In this document: piece after piece, positions 53,133 through 63,375 of the stretch
How the letters are laid out: every line of letters begins with the position of its first letter
How positions within the stretch are numbered: position 1 is the stretch's first letter
NCBI GenBank assembly: GCA_963795855.1
Contig: CAWCIZ010000004.1
Span: 160,001-224,000, forward strand
DNA length: 64,000 nucleotides
Reading direction: 5' to 3'
Source: Vulcanimicrobiota bacterium
GTDB lineage: Bacteria > Vulcanimicrobiota > Vulcanimicrobiia > Vulcanimicrobiales > Vulcanimicrobiaceae
The notes under the pieces: generated by a model
Seen by the model: only the letters and a program-made list of their open reading frames with translations
Database searches by the model: none
What the model was told of the DNA's origin: nothing
Translations under genes and position numbers: made by a program

Positions 53133-53926
53133 CCCGGCAGATCGCCGCCCAAATCGACGTTCGTCGCTTGCGACGTTACGTCGACGCCGTGCCCATTTTC
53201 GCTCAGCGTCGTCGCTATCGCGCCGCCGATACCATTCTGGTCGCTGACGACGACGCTTCCGTTTGCATTGCGAGTAACCGTCTCGCCGTTGCCTAAGTCG
53301 ATGCTGCCGCCGCTCGAGAGCGATTGGCTGCGGCCGTTTTCTTCGACGACGGCGTTGCCTTTTTGATCCAGTGAGATTTCGATGCCGCCGAAGTTCGTCG
53401 TCACGGTGGCTTGCTGGTTATACGTTATGCCGTTGGCGGACGGCTGCGTGACCGACGTCGAGATCTTATAACCGCCGATGAATGAATCTGAGTCCAGCAA
53501 ATCGTCGTGTGCGGACATGCTGTCGAAATGCGCTTGCCGATTGGACCCGTTCCCCGCCGTGCCGCTGAAGCCCAAATGCGGATCGCCGGTAGATGAGGCG
53601 GTCGCGCTCCGAAAGTAGGTCTGCGGCGTTTGCGCGTTTGCGAACGCGCTGCCCATCCCCAGCATTGAAGCGAGCTGCTGAACGAGATCGAGGAGCTGCG
53701 AAACGATCGTACCTATACCGAACGGCATTGAATTGCCGAAACCGCCGAATCCGCTGGCCGTCGTACCGCCTTGTGAAGGCCAGTTCGGGGAGGGAATGCG
53801 CCGTATTGCATCGCCGCTTGCCGGCCAGGTCCCGGGCGTGCTGTCGGCAACGCCCCAGCGGTTTTGCGGTCCGTCGTATGGCAGTGAGACTGCGCCGCCC
53901 GATATGCGCTGTTGTACGTTCGTCAT
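53129..53926 (-). CDS. Gly/Ser/Thr/Asn-rich hypothetical protein with GDPH motif
   Basis: GGAGG RBS, ATG at 53926; ASSTGDPHLGF; beta-rich C-terminal half. Confidence 0.75.
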   Translation of the reverse strand: MTNVQQRISGGAVSLPYDGPQNRWGVADSTPGTWPASGDAIRRIPSPNWPSQGGTTASGFGGFGNSMPFGIGTIVSQLLDLVQQLASMLGMGSAFANAQTPQTYFRSATASSTGDPHLGFSGTAGNGSNRQAHFDSMSAHDDLLDSDSFIGGYKISTSVTQPSANGITYNQQATVTTNFGGIEISLDQKGNAVVEENGRSQSLSSGGSIDLGNGETVTRNANGSVVVSDQNGIGGAIATTLSENGHGVDVTSQATNVDLGGDLPG

Positions 53927-54013
53927 GCGTCCTCCGTTGGTCGCGATACACTCACGCGATTGCAAGCGCTTGGAAAGGGCGTCAACGGCGCTTCCCGAAC
54001 GTTGTGCGCCGAC

Positions 54014-55119
54014 ATGAGCGACTCGCAGACTGACCACTCTCGCCCGCCTCTCCGACCGTCTGGTAACGCTCAAGGAGCGTCTTTGACTACTCGGGCAAAA
54101 CGCGCTTAATCAGCGAGCTGGACAGCCGCTCCCGCAGCGACAGCTTTTGGAACGACGCCGATGCGGCGCAACGCGTAATGAAACAGCTCGCGGAGTTGCG
54201 CGCCGACGTCGATGCGATGGATGCGATTTCGCACAGTCTGAACGATGCGCGCGAACTCATTACGCTCTTTCCGGATGACGCCGCCGCGTCCAAAGAGGTC
54301 GACGTCAACGTGGCGCAAGCCGAAGATCGACTCGATCGCCTGGAGATGGCCGCGACCTTCGACGGCGAATTCGACGCGCACAATGCGATCGTCAGCATTT
54401 TCGCGGGTGCCGGCGGCGTGGACGCGGCGGACTGGACGCAGATCCTCACGCGCATGTACCTGCGGTGGGCCGAAGGAAAGAATTACCTCACGCAAGTCGT
54501 CGACGAATCGCCGGCGGAAGAAGCGGGCCTGAAGTCCGTGACGTTCTTCGTGCGCGGACGCAACGCTTACGGCATGCTCGAGAGCGAACGCGGCGTGCAT
54601 CGTTTGGTGCGCATCTCGCCGTTCGATGCAGCGCACCGCCGGCACACGTCGTTCGCGGCAGTCGATATCATCCCGGAAATCGAGGCGGGCGAAAACGTCC
54701 AGGTTGAAATCAAACCCGAAGATCTGCGCATCGAAACGTTCAAGTCCGGCGGCGCGGGCGGGCAGTACGTCAACAAAACCGAGTCGGCCGTGCGCATCAT
54801 TCACGTGCCGTCGGGCCTCATCGTCGCTTCGCAGCAGGAACGCTCGCAAGCGCAGAACCGCGACGTCGCCATGAGCATTCTGCGCGCACGACTCGTGCAG
54901 CGGGAACTGGAGATGCGCGGTCAGCGCTTGGCGGAGCTGCGCGGCGAGCGGAGCGCCAACGAATGGGGATCGCAGATCCGGTCGTACGTGCTCAACCCGT
55001 ACCAGCTGGTGAAAGACCATCGCACCAACGTCGAGGTCGGCAACACGGCCGGCGTGCTCGACGGCGACATCGACGCGTTCATTTGGCCATACCTTCAGCA
55101 GCGCCGCGCGAGCGCCTAA
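54014..55119 (+). CDS. prfB: Peptide chain release factor 2 (programmed +1 frameshift; additional extra base at 54029)
   Basis: SPF and GGQ motifs; AAGGAG-CGT-CTT-TGA-C shift site at 54072-54087. Confidence 0.96.
54072..54087 (+). promoter_or_regulatory. prfB programmed +1 ribosomal frameshift site
   Basis: Internal SD AGGAG, 3 nt, then CTT TGA C; the +1 frame (GAC at 54085) is the RF2 body frame. Confidence 0.93.
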
Positions 55120-55142
55120 ACGGCGTTTTCGCCGATCCGTGG

Positions 55143-56457
55143 ATGTGGGCCGGTACGGCCCTGTACGCAATTGCGTATTTTTTGCTCGGCGCGATACGCT
55201 ATGCCGCACACCGCAACTTCGTCGATCTCGGCATATTCGCACAAACGGCGGCGAGTGCGGTGGGATGCTTTTGCAATACTGTCGAGGGATCGCACTGGGC
55301 TTTCCATTTTTCGCCGATCCTGTATGTCGCGGGCGCGCTCATGCGCGTCTGGCCGTCGGCGCTCGCGCTGATTGCACTGCAGGCAGCCGGCGGAGCTCTC
55401 TGCGATTCCGCCAGTCTATGCCGTCGTGCGTGCCCACGCGGATCGCCGGTCCGCGCGGCTTGCCGCGCTCGTGGTGCTCCTCTATCCGCCGTTGGCAGGC
55501 GCGGTGTTCAACGATTTTCACGAAAACGGGTTGGCGCCGGCCGCCGTTGCGTGGCTTCTCTGGGCCTTCGACGCCGGACGTGGCGGATGGACGATCGCGC
55601 TCACGCTCGCCGCTCTTTCGGTGAAAGAAGATCAGGCGCTCTTCGTCGCGATTGCCGGCGCGATCGGCGCGATCGCTTATCGGCGCGATCGTGTGAGGTT
55701 CGGCTTGGCTTCGTTCGGCGTTGCGGCCGGCGTCTGCGTTTTCGCGGGGTATGTCATCATCGCGCATCCGCATGCCGCCGGACGTTTCTATGCATGGTCC
55801 GAACAGGATGTGCGTGCGCTTGTTCCGGCTGGAATCGTCGAGCGCATAGGATTTTTATTGCTCGCGTTCGTTCCGCTGCTGTTCATTCCGGTGCGCACGC
55901 CGGTCGCACTGGTTGCGGCGGCCCCGCTCGCGGAGGTGCTGTTCTCGCGCATGCCGACGACATACACGATGGGATCGCACTACGCCGGCGCCTGGGCCGG
56001 TTGGGTTTTCTACGCGTTCGCTCTGGGTCTTGCGAACGTTTGGGCGCGCGATCCGCATCGCGCACACCGCGCGCTTTACTGGTGTGTCGGTTTGTGCGTC
56101 GCCGAGTTTGCTGCAGCCGATCCCCTTCATCCGGGATTCTTCTTGCACGCGAGAACCGCGCGCGACGTCAGGCTCGATGCGTTTTTGCATTCGCTTCCCG
56201 CCAATGTGTCCGTCGCAACGCAGGAAGAAGCGTACACGCACCTCGCGGCAACGGACGCAAACGCGGCGCTGCTTCCCGAAACCTCCGATAAGCCGGTTGC
56301 CGCATGCGAAATATTGACGGACGCAGACTTTGCAGATTCGCCGCGCCTGGTCGAGTCACGTTCGCTGGTAACGCGCTTGGTGCGCGAGGGCGTATTCCGC
56401 GTCTCGAGGCGCGCGGGCGCAATCACCCTGTATACGCGGAGCCCGGCTTGTCGTTAA
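55143..56457 (+). CDS. DUF2079-like membrane protein (extra base at ~55401)
   Basis: DLGIFAQ, HFSPIL, then after the shift NDFHE and KED; polytopic. Confidence 0.78.
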
Positions 56458-57397
56458 GCAGCTCGTCGAGCGCGTCGGCCGCGGCGAGCGTCCAATCGGA
56501 TTCGATTCGCACCAACTGGTGAGCCGCCGCCCACGGCGACCAGCGGCTTGACTGAAGCGCGAAATCCCGAGTTGCAAAGCACGACACGACCGGGGTTCCG
56601 ACCATACCCGCGACGTGGGCCGCACCCGAATCGGGGGCGATGACGCCGCGCGCGGCCGCAATCGCACTTTTCCAGGGCGGCGCCGCAGAAAACGTTTCGA
56701 TTTCAAAGCCGGCGCGGCTCGCAAACTCGCGCGCGTAAGACAGTTCGCGTTCGGCGGCGACGAAACGAAGCGCGTGTTTTTCTTGGATTCGCCGTGCGAG
56801 ATCGACGACGCGGTCGAGCGTTGCTCCAAGTCGCTGCCACTTGTCCGTGACTTGAAAGAGCACTCGGTGGTCCTGCGGCGGCTCTTCATCGATGACGTAC
56901 GGCCGCAAATCGCGCGCATCGCGCGGCGGATACGGATCCTGAACCAGCCGGCCCGCCAGCGCATAGACGACTTCACACTCGTGCGGACCAGCCGGATCCA
57001 AGCCTGCGGTGCGAAAAACGGTTTGCGTGCACATCCGGCGGATCCAAAGCGACTTGAGCGGCTTTCCCCAGCCGTTTTCGAACCCAATACGTTCGGCGAT
57101 GCGCGCGCGGTACGCCAGCCGGTAGCCTTCGGGCTTCTCGGTTGCGACCAGCGCGACGTCGTAGGCTTGATCTTGAATCTCGGTGACCAGCTCGCTCATC
57201 GGCCTTTCACCGGCGACGTGCAGCCGGTCCAGTCCACGCCGCGAAAAGACCTGCGCGTTCACCGGGCGAAGCACCGCGCCGATACGAATTGCACGGCGGC
57301 GCAGTGCCGCGAGCAGAGGTACCATCGTCAAGGCGTCGCCGATCGCGTCCAACCGGACGAGGAGCACGGACGGCGAACGTAAGGATGCGCCGGACAC
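56423..57397 (-). CDS. Glycosyltransferase family 9 (heptosyltransferase-like)
   Basis: VLLVRLDAIGDALTMVPLL, RIGF, PDSGAAHVA; start at 57397 or 57367. Confidence 0.85.
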   Translation of the reverse strand: MSGASLRSPSVLLVRLDAIGDALTMVPLLAALRRRAIRIGAVLRPVNAQVFSRRGLDRLHVAGERPMSELVTEIQDQAYDVALVATEKPEGYRLAYRARIAERIGFENGWGKPLKSLWIRRMCTQTVFRTAGLDPAGPHECEVVYALAGRLVQDPYPPRDARDLRPYVIDEEPPQDHRVLFQVTDKWQRLGATLDRVVDLARRIQEKHALRFVAAERELSYAREFASRAGFEIETFSAAPPWKSAIAAARGVIAPDSGAAHVAGMVGTPVVSCFATRDFALQSSRWSPWAAAHQLVRIESDWTLAAADALDELLNDKPGSAYTG

Positions 57398-57404
57398 GAA
57401 ACGT

Positions 57405-57749
57405 GTGATTGCAAAAGAGAACCTCGTAACCCTGGACGTTGCCGACGGATTTCGCGTATTGCGCGATTTGGGCCGCGTGACGGGCTCCGCGACGCGACCG
57501 CACAACATGCTGCGCGCGACTTTTCGATCCATCGGCGCGTTCATCGGCCTGGCCCCGATCGAATACCTGACCGATGCCGAGCGCGCTCGCGAAGAAGCTC
57601 TGGAAGATCTGCGCGCAAAAGCCGGCGAGCTCGGCGCGGATGCGGTTATCAAAATCCGGTTCGAGGCGGTGGAGCAGGCAGACGGCTCGACCATCGTCAT
57701 GGCCAGCGGTGAGGCGGTGCGCCTCGCGCCGGCGAACTACGCCGCATGA
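57405..57749 (+). CDS. YbjQ/UPF0145 family protein
   Basis: ERAREEAL..L..KAGELGADAVI...ASGEAV. Confidence 0.85.
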   Translation: MIAKENLVTLDVADGFRVLRDLGRVTGSATRPHNMLRATFRSIGAFIGLAPIEYLTDAERAREEALEDLRAKAGELGADAVIKIRFEAVEQADGSTIVMASGEAVRLAPANYAA

Positions 57750-58438
57750 GTCTGACGGAACGCGCCAATCGCGAGCGGGTCCTGAAGAAGGCGTCGTCGG
57801 TCGCGGCAGCTTGCCGAAAGTGCCAAATCGGCTACGAGCGCCGGAACAACGTGTACGGTGAAGGCAGCCCATGCGCACGGCTCATGGTCGTCGGCGAAGG
57901 GCCGGGCGAAACGGAAGACTTACTCGGCCGGCCGTTTGTCGGGCGCGCCGGAGAACTGCTCGATAAAATGCTCGCGGCTATCGACTTGCCGCGCGAAGAC
58001 GTGTACATCTGCAACACCGTCAAATGCCGGCCTACGCTGCACGAAAACGGGAAATTGCGCAACCGCGCGCCGACGCCGCACGAGATGGAGAACTGCCGCC
58101 CGTATTTGGACGAGCAAATCGAAATCATCGCGCCGGCGGTCATCCTCGCACTCGGCGCGCCGGCAGCGAAGTCGTTTCTCGGCAATGCGTTTGCGATCAC
58201 AAAAGGGCGCGGGCGCTGGTATGACGGCCCGAACGGCGTTCCGCTGATGGTGACGTTTCATCCGGCATACGTGCTGCGGCAAGGCGGGACGGCGCTCACC
58301 GAGACCAAGCGTCTGGTGTGGTCCGATCTCAAAAAAATTCGAGCCAAACTGCAAGAACTCGAGGGCGCCGCCCCAAAAGGCGGCGCTCGGCGGGAGGGCG
58401 AGCCGGCGCCCGCCGCTGAGCAAATCACTTTATTCTAA
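57746..58438 (+). CDS. Uracil-DNA glycosylase family 4
   Basis: CRKC, VGEGPG, PFVG, NTVKCRP, TFHPAY. Confidence 0.93.
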   Translation: MSLTERANRERVLKKASSVAAACRKCQIGYERRNNVYGEGSPCARLMVVGEGPGETEDLLGRPFVGRAGELLDKMLAAIDLPREDVYICNTVKCRPTLHENGKLRNRAPTPHEMENCRPYLDEQIEIIAPAVILALGAPAAKSFLGNAFAITKGRGRWYDGPNGVPLMVTFHPAYVLRQGGTALTETKRLVWSDLKKIRAKLQELEGAAPKGGARREGEPAPAAEQITLF

Positions 58439-58471
58439 ACCAGTAGCCCGACGAGCGGGTTCTATGATATC

Positions 58472-59572
58472 GTGCAGCCCGTGGTACGCGACCCTCAAGC
58501 GATTTGGTTTGCCGACAAGGTGCGGCGCGCCGGTTTTTCCGACGTGCAATCGTTCGGCGCGCACTTTGGGTTAAAGCCGTACAGGTTCGCACAAATCTAC
58601 CGCGCGGCAGCCAAAGAGATCGCCGCGGACGTAAATCAAGTCACGACTCTGCCCCACGAGCTGCGCGTCTCGCTCGCCGACTCCGGCTTCGCGTTCGACT
58701 CGGTTACCCCCGTGGTCGTGCAGCGATCGAGCGACAAACAAACGAGTAAAGGCCTATTTCGTCTTGCGGACGGCGCGGAAATCGAAGCGGTCCTTATGGA
58801 GCACTTCGGGGATCGCAACACCGTGTGCATCAGTTCGCAGGCGGGCTGTGCTTTTGCATGTGCGTTTTGCTCGACCGGTCAAGCGGGGTTCACGCGCCAA
58901 CTCGAAGCCACGGAGATTTTTGACCAGGCTCGCTACTTCGCGCGTGAACTGGCCGCCAAAGGCAAGCGCATCACCAACGTCGTCTTTATGGGCATGGGGG
59001 AACCGTTTCATAACTACGATGCCGTGATGGACGCCGTTGCACTGCTGCACGATGCGCACGGTTTCAACCTGGGACACCGGCACATCACGATATCGACCGT
59101 CGGCCTCGTGGACAAAATCGATCGTTTCGCTGAAGAAGGCGTTCAAGTGAACCTTGCGATTTCGCTGCACGCGCCGAGCGACGAGGTGCGCAGTTCGATC
59201 ATGCCGGTCAACCGCAAGTTTTCGATGGACGAATTGCTTGCCGCATGCGACCGCTACATCGAACGGACGCACCGCAAAGTTTTCTTCGAGTATGTCATGC
59301 TGCGAGGCGTAAACGATTCTGCCGAACACGCGCAAGAGTTAGCGCGGCGCATGAAGGGCCATCTCTATCACGTGAACCTCATTCCATACAACACGACGCC
59401 GGATGGCCCGTTCGCCGGGACGGAAAACGATCGCATTTGGGCATTTGCCGCGGTGCTGGATGAGGCGGGCATTCCGACGACGGTACGCCAGAATATGGGC
59501 CGCGATATCGCGGCGGCGTGCGGCCAATTGCGTGTGGAGACACAACCGAAAGCGCATAAGGTCGGCGCCTAA
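58472..59572 (+). CDS. rlmN: 23S rRNA/tRNA m2A methyltransferase
   Basis: CISSQAGCAFACAFC, MGMGEP, SLHA, AACGQL. Confidence 0.94.
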   Translation: MQPVVRDPQAIWFADKVRRAGFSDVQSFGAHFGLKPYRFAQIYRAAAKEIAADVNQVTTLPHELRVSLADSGFAFDSVTPVVVQRSSDKQTSKGLFRLADGAEIEAVLMEHFGDRNTVCISSQAGCAFACAFCSTGQAGFTRQLEATEIFDQARYFARELAAKGKRITNVVFMGMGEPFHNYDAVMDAVALLHDAHGFNLGHRHITISTVGLVDKIDRFAEEGVQVNLAISLHAPSDEVRSSIMPVNRKFSMDELLAACDRYIERTHRKVFFEYVMLRGVNDSAEHAQELARRMKGHLYHVNLIPYNTTPDGPFAGTENDRIWAFAAVLDEAGIPTTVRQNMGRDIAAACGQLRVETQPKAHKVGA

Positions 59573-59595
59573 TCCCAAGCAGACTTCGTATAGTG

Positions 59596-60405
59596 CTATT
59601 TCCGAACGCCGATCGCAACGAGATATTTACGCGGGACGCAAATGCCCAGTTCGCTCGGGAAACGGTCGTGGAAAGCGGCAAAATCGCGGGCGAGTGCGGC
59701 GCGCCGTGCTTCGTCCAACCCGGATGCTAAGGCCTTGGTTGGGCCGTAGCCCGTGACAAACGCGTTCCACGCGGCTTGACCGTCGCGGTCGTAGTAGTTC
59801 GTGACGCCGTCTTCGAATTTGAGATCGAAGTTGCCGCCGAACAGTTCACCAATGCGCTCACGGCGCCCCCATTCAAATGGTGAGGGCGGAGCCGGCGCGG
59901 GCGGCGGCGGCATGTAGTTTCGCATAACCAAAAACATATCGAAGACGCTACTGTCCGAAGGCCAGGTCGCCAGAGCAATCCGGCCGCCTCTGCGGCATAC
60001 GCGTCCGATTTCACCGGCAGCCGCTTCCGGCCGGCTCACGAACATTACCCCGAACGTGGAAACAACGGCGTCGAACGATTCGTCCTGGAACGGCAGCTCC
60101 TCAGCATCTGCCGTCCGATATTCGATGTTAAGTCCCTCCGCGGCGGCGCGCTGCCTTGCCGCCGCAAGGAGGTCGTCCGCTATGTCGGCGCCCACGACCT
60201 GGGCTCCGCCCTGTGCTAGAATGCGTGACGTCCAACCGGTCCCGGTCGCGAGATCCAGGATGCGCTCGCCGGGTTTCGGATCGAGCCGGTTTACGCAATG
60301 TTCCAACGCGCTTGCAATTTGGCGGCTGATCTCGTTGTAACGGTCGCCGCCGGAGCTCCAAACGGATGCAGATTTCCGGTTGTGCGATTGAATGGTCGCT
60401 TCCAT
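59596..60405 (-). CDS. Class I SAM-dependent methyltransferase
   Basis: ILDLATGTG, DAEELPF.DESFDAV, FGVMF; GGGGAG RBS. Confidence 0.9.
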   Translation of the reverse strand: MEATIQSHNRKSASVWSSGGDRYNEISRQIASALEHCVNRLDPKPGERILDLATGTGWTSRILAQGGAQVVGADIADDLLAAARQRAAAEGLNIEYRTADAEELPFQDESFDAVVSTFGVMFVSRPEAAAGEIGRVCRRGGRIALATWPSDSSVFDMFLVMRNYMPPPPAPAPPSPFEWGRRERIGELFGGNFDLKFEDGVTNYYDRDGQAAWNAFVTGYGPTKALASGLDEARRAALARDFAAFHDRFPSELGICVPRKYLVAIGVRK

Positions 60406-60585
60406 GGCGTACTCCCCTTTTTATTTACCACGCCGAATGAGCGGCTTGGATTCTCGGGAGCGCCAGCGATTTCCTCAGCGGAGGATCTCGTTTTGTTGGT
60501 ACTGCGTCGGACGAAGCGCTTCAGGCTCAATCAATAACGTCCGGATGCGGCGTTCGTCAACGGTATCGCGTTAGACTCGTGACCC

Positions 60586-60626
60586 TACTTGCGGCCAATC
60601 ACGCGCGGAGACGCAGCCGAAAGCGC
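60586..60626. repeat. Direct repeat copy 1 (pairs with 61197-61237)
   Basis: 32/41 ungapped identity with 61197-61237. Confidence 0.7.
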
Positions 60627-60632
60627 ATAAAG

Positions 60633-61166
60633 TTATTGTGTAGGGCGCGACGGCGTTTTCGGGCTCCAATCGCTCAGTCGCACGTGAGCAGGCATCTGGC
60701 GGAGCCGTCCCCGTTTTTCCAATTGCTCTGCGAGCCACTGGAACCACTCGCAGTACATGGGCCAATCTTTTTCCTCGCGCGTGCGCAGCGTAACGCCCTT
60801 GAGTCGATGCCAAACACTCACAACGGCGCCCCCCACCAAGTCTTCTACGACCTCGAACGATATCGTCCCGCGATAGACGAGCAACCCAATCGTCTCAAAC
60901 CGAAAGGCTAAAATCTGCACTGCTTCCTGCAGTTCCGAAAAGCGTTCTCGCAGGTCGGCCGCGGATATTTCTTCCGGCAGCGAGAGCACGAAGAGGAACG
61001 CTCGCGCGAACGCCGTGTCCTGCAGTGAACGCATCAACTCAATGGAGGCCGTATCGCGCCGCTGCTCGCGTAATTGGCGTAGCCGGTACACCCCGACGAG
61101 CGCCGTAACGAGGATGACGCAAGCGGTAAAGGCCGTGGAAACTGCCGTGAGCGCTTCCCAATTCAT
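60633..61166 (-). CDS. N-terminally anchored helical protein (DUF4760-like)
   Basis: One TM helix, then FETIGLLVYRG...CEWFQWLAE. Confidence 0.7.
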   Translation of the reverse strand: MNWEALTAVSTAFTACVILVTALVGVYRLRQLREQRRDTASIELMRSLQDTAFARAFLFVLSLPEEISAADLRERFSELQEAVQILAFRFETIGLLVYRGTISFEVVEDLVGGAVVSVWHRLKGVTLRTREEKDWPMYCEWFQWLAEQLEKRGRLRQMPAHVRLSDWSPKTPSRPTQ

Positions 61167-61196
61167 TGCAGTATTCTTCGGTTCGATTCGCCCGAG

Positions 61197-61237
61197 TACT
61201 TGCGGGCAGCTACGTTCTGAGACTCAGCCGAAAGCAC
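61197..61237. repeat. Direct repeat copy 2
   Basis: Matches 60586-60626 at 32/41. Confidence 0.7.
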
Positions 61238-61294
61238 GCGTAGCAGCGGCACTACTCTCCGCCTGAGCAACCGTAGAGACGATGAGCCGCGGGT

Positions 61295-61780
61295 CTAATC
61301 ACCGGTGGGCAATGCTCCTCGATGCGCAGCGGGCATGGGATAATGCGGTAACGTCCGCGAGTGCCGGCCGGCCGTCTTTTCCGCGGCTGCCTGCAGCGCA
61401 CCGAGCACGTCGTCCCCTAAAATTTCTCGCCACCGCCGTTCGACGGTGTCGCGTGCATTCGGCCACGCGCGGCGCACGCGCGCACCGCGTTCAGTGAATC
61501 GAATCACATTTGCATGGTCGATTTCGACCCACTCGTGGCGCCGCAGGCAATCGATCATGCTCTTGATCGTCGGTTTTGCGATACCTGAAAGCGCTGGGAT
61601 CGCGTCGGCTTGAACGCCCTTTTCGCCGACGAATCGAAGTACGTTTGCCCACATCGCGAGCGATGGAGGATGCTCCGAGTCGCCGCTCGACTCGCGCGCC
61701 AGTGCCGCGTCGAAGTCGTAGGTGTACGCGATGAGCAGCCGCGAGAGTATTGTGAATAGAGCCTCGTGCGATGAAGTCAT
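61295..61780 (-). CDS. MarR-like winged-helix protein
   Basis: LSGIAKPTIKSMIDCLRRHEWV...RFTERG. Confidence 0.6.
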   Translation of the reverse strand: MTSSHEALFTILSRLLIAYTYDFDAALARESSGDSEHPPSLAMWANVLRFVGEKGVQADAIPALSGIAKPTIKSMIDCLRRHEWVEIDHANVIRFTERGARVRRAWPNARDTVERRWREILGDDVLGALQAAAEKTAGRHSRTLPHYPMPAAHRGALPTGD

Positions 61781-61859
61781 GCATGCGCCATTCGCTTCCG
61801 GCTTGCGAGATGACTGGCGGAAGCAGGAAGGTTGGAAGGTGCGGCCGCCCAGAGCCGCG

Positions 61860-62438
61860 TTACTCGACAGCCGTCGTTTTGTTGCTCCGTACGGCTTCGG
61901 GCCAAGGCTGCGGCAAGGGCAGGGCGCTTGCACCTCTCGGGTAAGTTCCTAGTGGATATCGCCTGCGAAACTCCTTACAAAGCAGCGAGAGATATTCAAA
62001 ATCCTCCCAGAGCCGATACCCCGCCATCGCTCGTGCCGACGCAATGAAGGGCGCGAGATTGTCCCAGCACATAACCGTTGGATAATAGAAAAGATCGCAC
62101 GCAAGGTTTCGATCGACGAATCCATGTTTTACCAGCGGCGCCACCGCAGAATCCAGAAAGTTGCCGACCTCGGTCACGGCTTTACCTTCGGCAGTTGCGG
62201 GATCCAACAGCCGCGCTCGAAGTGCCGGTTCGTCCATCTTCGCCGGCAATTCATAGCGAATGAATTGCAGTGCCTTGCGAAGCTCGGCGGATTCCAATTT
62301 ATGCCGTATTTCGTTGAAAACCGCGATTTGGTTGCCGTTACGCATATGGCGTAATTGGATCAGGGCCGCGGTGGCGCTGGCGGCAATTACAAGGAAGGTC
62401 GCTACGGAGGCTGCGGCAGCGACAGAGTCCGCCGTCAT
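61860..62438 (-). CDS. DUF4760-like protein (distant paralogue of 60633-61166)
   Basis: TM helix plus QLRH, LVKHG, WEDFEYL. Confidence 0.7.
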   Translation of the reverse strand: MTADSVAAAASVATFLVIAASATAALIQLRHMRNGNQIAVFNEIRHKLESAELRKALQFIRYELPAKMDEPALRARLLDPATAEGKAVTEVGNFLDSAVAPLVKHGFVDRNLACDLFYYPTVMCWDNLAPFIASARAMAGYRLWEDFEYLSLLCKEFRRRYPLGTYPRGASALPLPQPWPEAVRSNKTTAVE

Positions 62439-62626
62439 ATCGATTCCGCTTGGCGCAGGCCCGAAATCGCGTGCACGGTCGAATAGTAGCATTTGCGGCG
62501 CTCTGATGACCAGCTCGCAAGACTCATCCGGCGCCTTGCCATCCGGATCCGGTCCGGCGCCGCCCGCGGCCCGCGGATAGTGCTCGCGGTGAGTCGTCGA
62601 TTGCTCCGGCGCTGCGCGGACGCCGT

Positions 62627-63298
62627 CTATAGTGGATAGTATTCGTGTCGATCGTCGTAGCAGATGAGGCCGCTCCCGCCGTTCGCCTCGTCGTACTTGT
62701 CTTCAAACCAATACGACCCGTCGCGCTGGCGTTCCAAGGGCATCCGCCACGACTTATTCGCAATCTTCGAGAAACAGATCTGCCACTGTATTCTGACTGC
62801 GTCCAGTCCCTTCGGCGGAACGACAAAGGCAAGTGAGCCCGCGTAGGTCGTACCGGGTTGGAGAATGACGAAATTGTTTCGATTTCCAAAGGGCTGCATC
62901 GTCGTTCCGGTCGAGTACAGCAGCGTCGAATTTGTCGGCAAAAGCGTTCGGTCGAACAAGGCATCGGTGGAAGAACTGACGATTTCCGTCCCGGTCCGTT
63001 CGTTAAACCCGACGCCGTAAACGTTCACCACAAGCCCGGCGAGATAGATTGTGGTTTGGCCGGCGTTCTTTGCATCGACGTGGACTTTGACGAACTCCTT
63101 GCCGCTCGGTAGGCGCGTGTGCTCGAGCGCAAACGCCGGCTGAAATTCCGGCGGTTCGTTCGCGGGTTTTATGCGCTCCTGATAAACGAAAACGTACAGC
63201 GCCCAAATCGCCGCGCCGGCAATTGCGGCGATCTCGACGATGTGCCGCCAGTGTTGGACGCGTGAAGGGTGCGAGTGAAGGTGCACGTTTCGACCCAT
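62627..63298 (-). CDS. Membrane-anchored hypothetical protein
   Basis: One TM helix (IAAIAGAAIWALYVFVYQE) followed by a beta-rich domain. Confidence 0.65.
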   Translation of the reverse strand: MGRNVHLHSHPSRVQHWRHIVEIAAIAGAAIWALYVFVYQERIKPANEPPEFQPAFALEHTRLPSGKEFVKVHVDAKNAGQTTIYLAGLVVNVYGVGFNERTGTEIVSSSTDALFDRTLLPTNSTLLYSTGTTMQPFGNRNNFVILQPGTTYAGSLAFVVPPKGLDAVRIQWQICFSKIANKSWRMPLERQRDGSYWFEDKYDEANGGSGLICYDDRHEYYPL

Positions 63299-63375
63299 TC
63301 GCGCTTCCTGCTCTGCGCGGCGGTCCGCCACCTGCGAGGGCGGATTGCCGCTGCGCTGCGTTGAATCGCACCGGT

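Noticed and set aside
60530..60580. Integron attC site (GTCTAAC on the minus strand)
   Set aside because: No matching GTTRRRY partner box or long imperfect palindrome, and no integrase in the window.
61178..61192. tRNA T-loop-like GGTTCGATTC
   Set aside because: No T-stem, cloverleaf or CCA end.
62560..62600. Remnant duplicate of the C-terminus of gene 62627-63298
   Set aside because: Only about 12/17 nt similarity; indistinguishable from chance.
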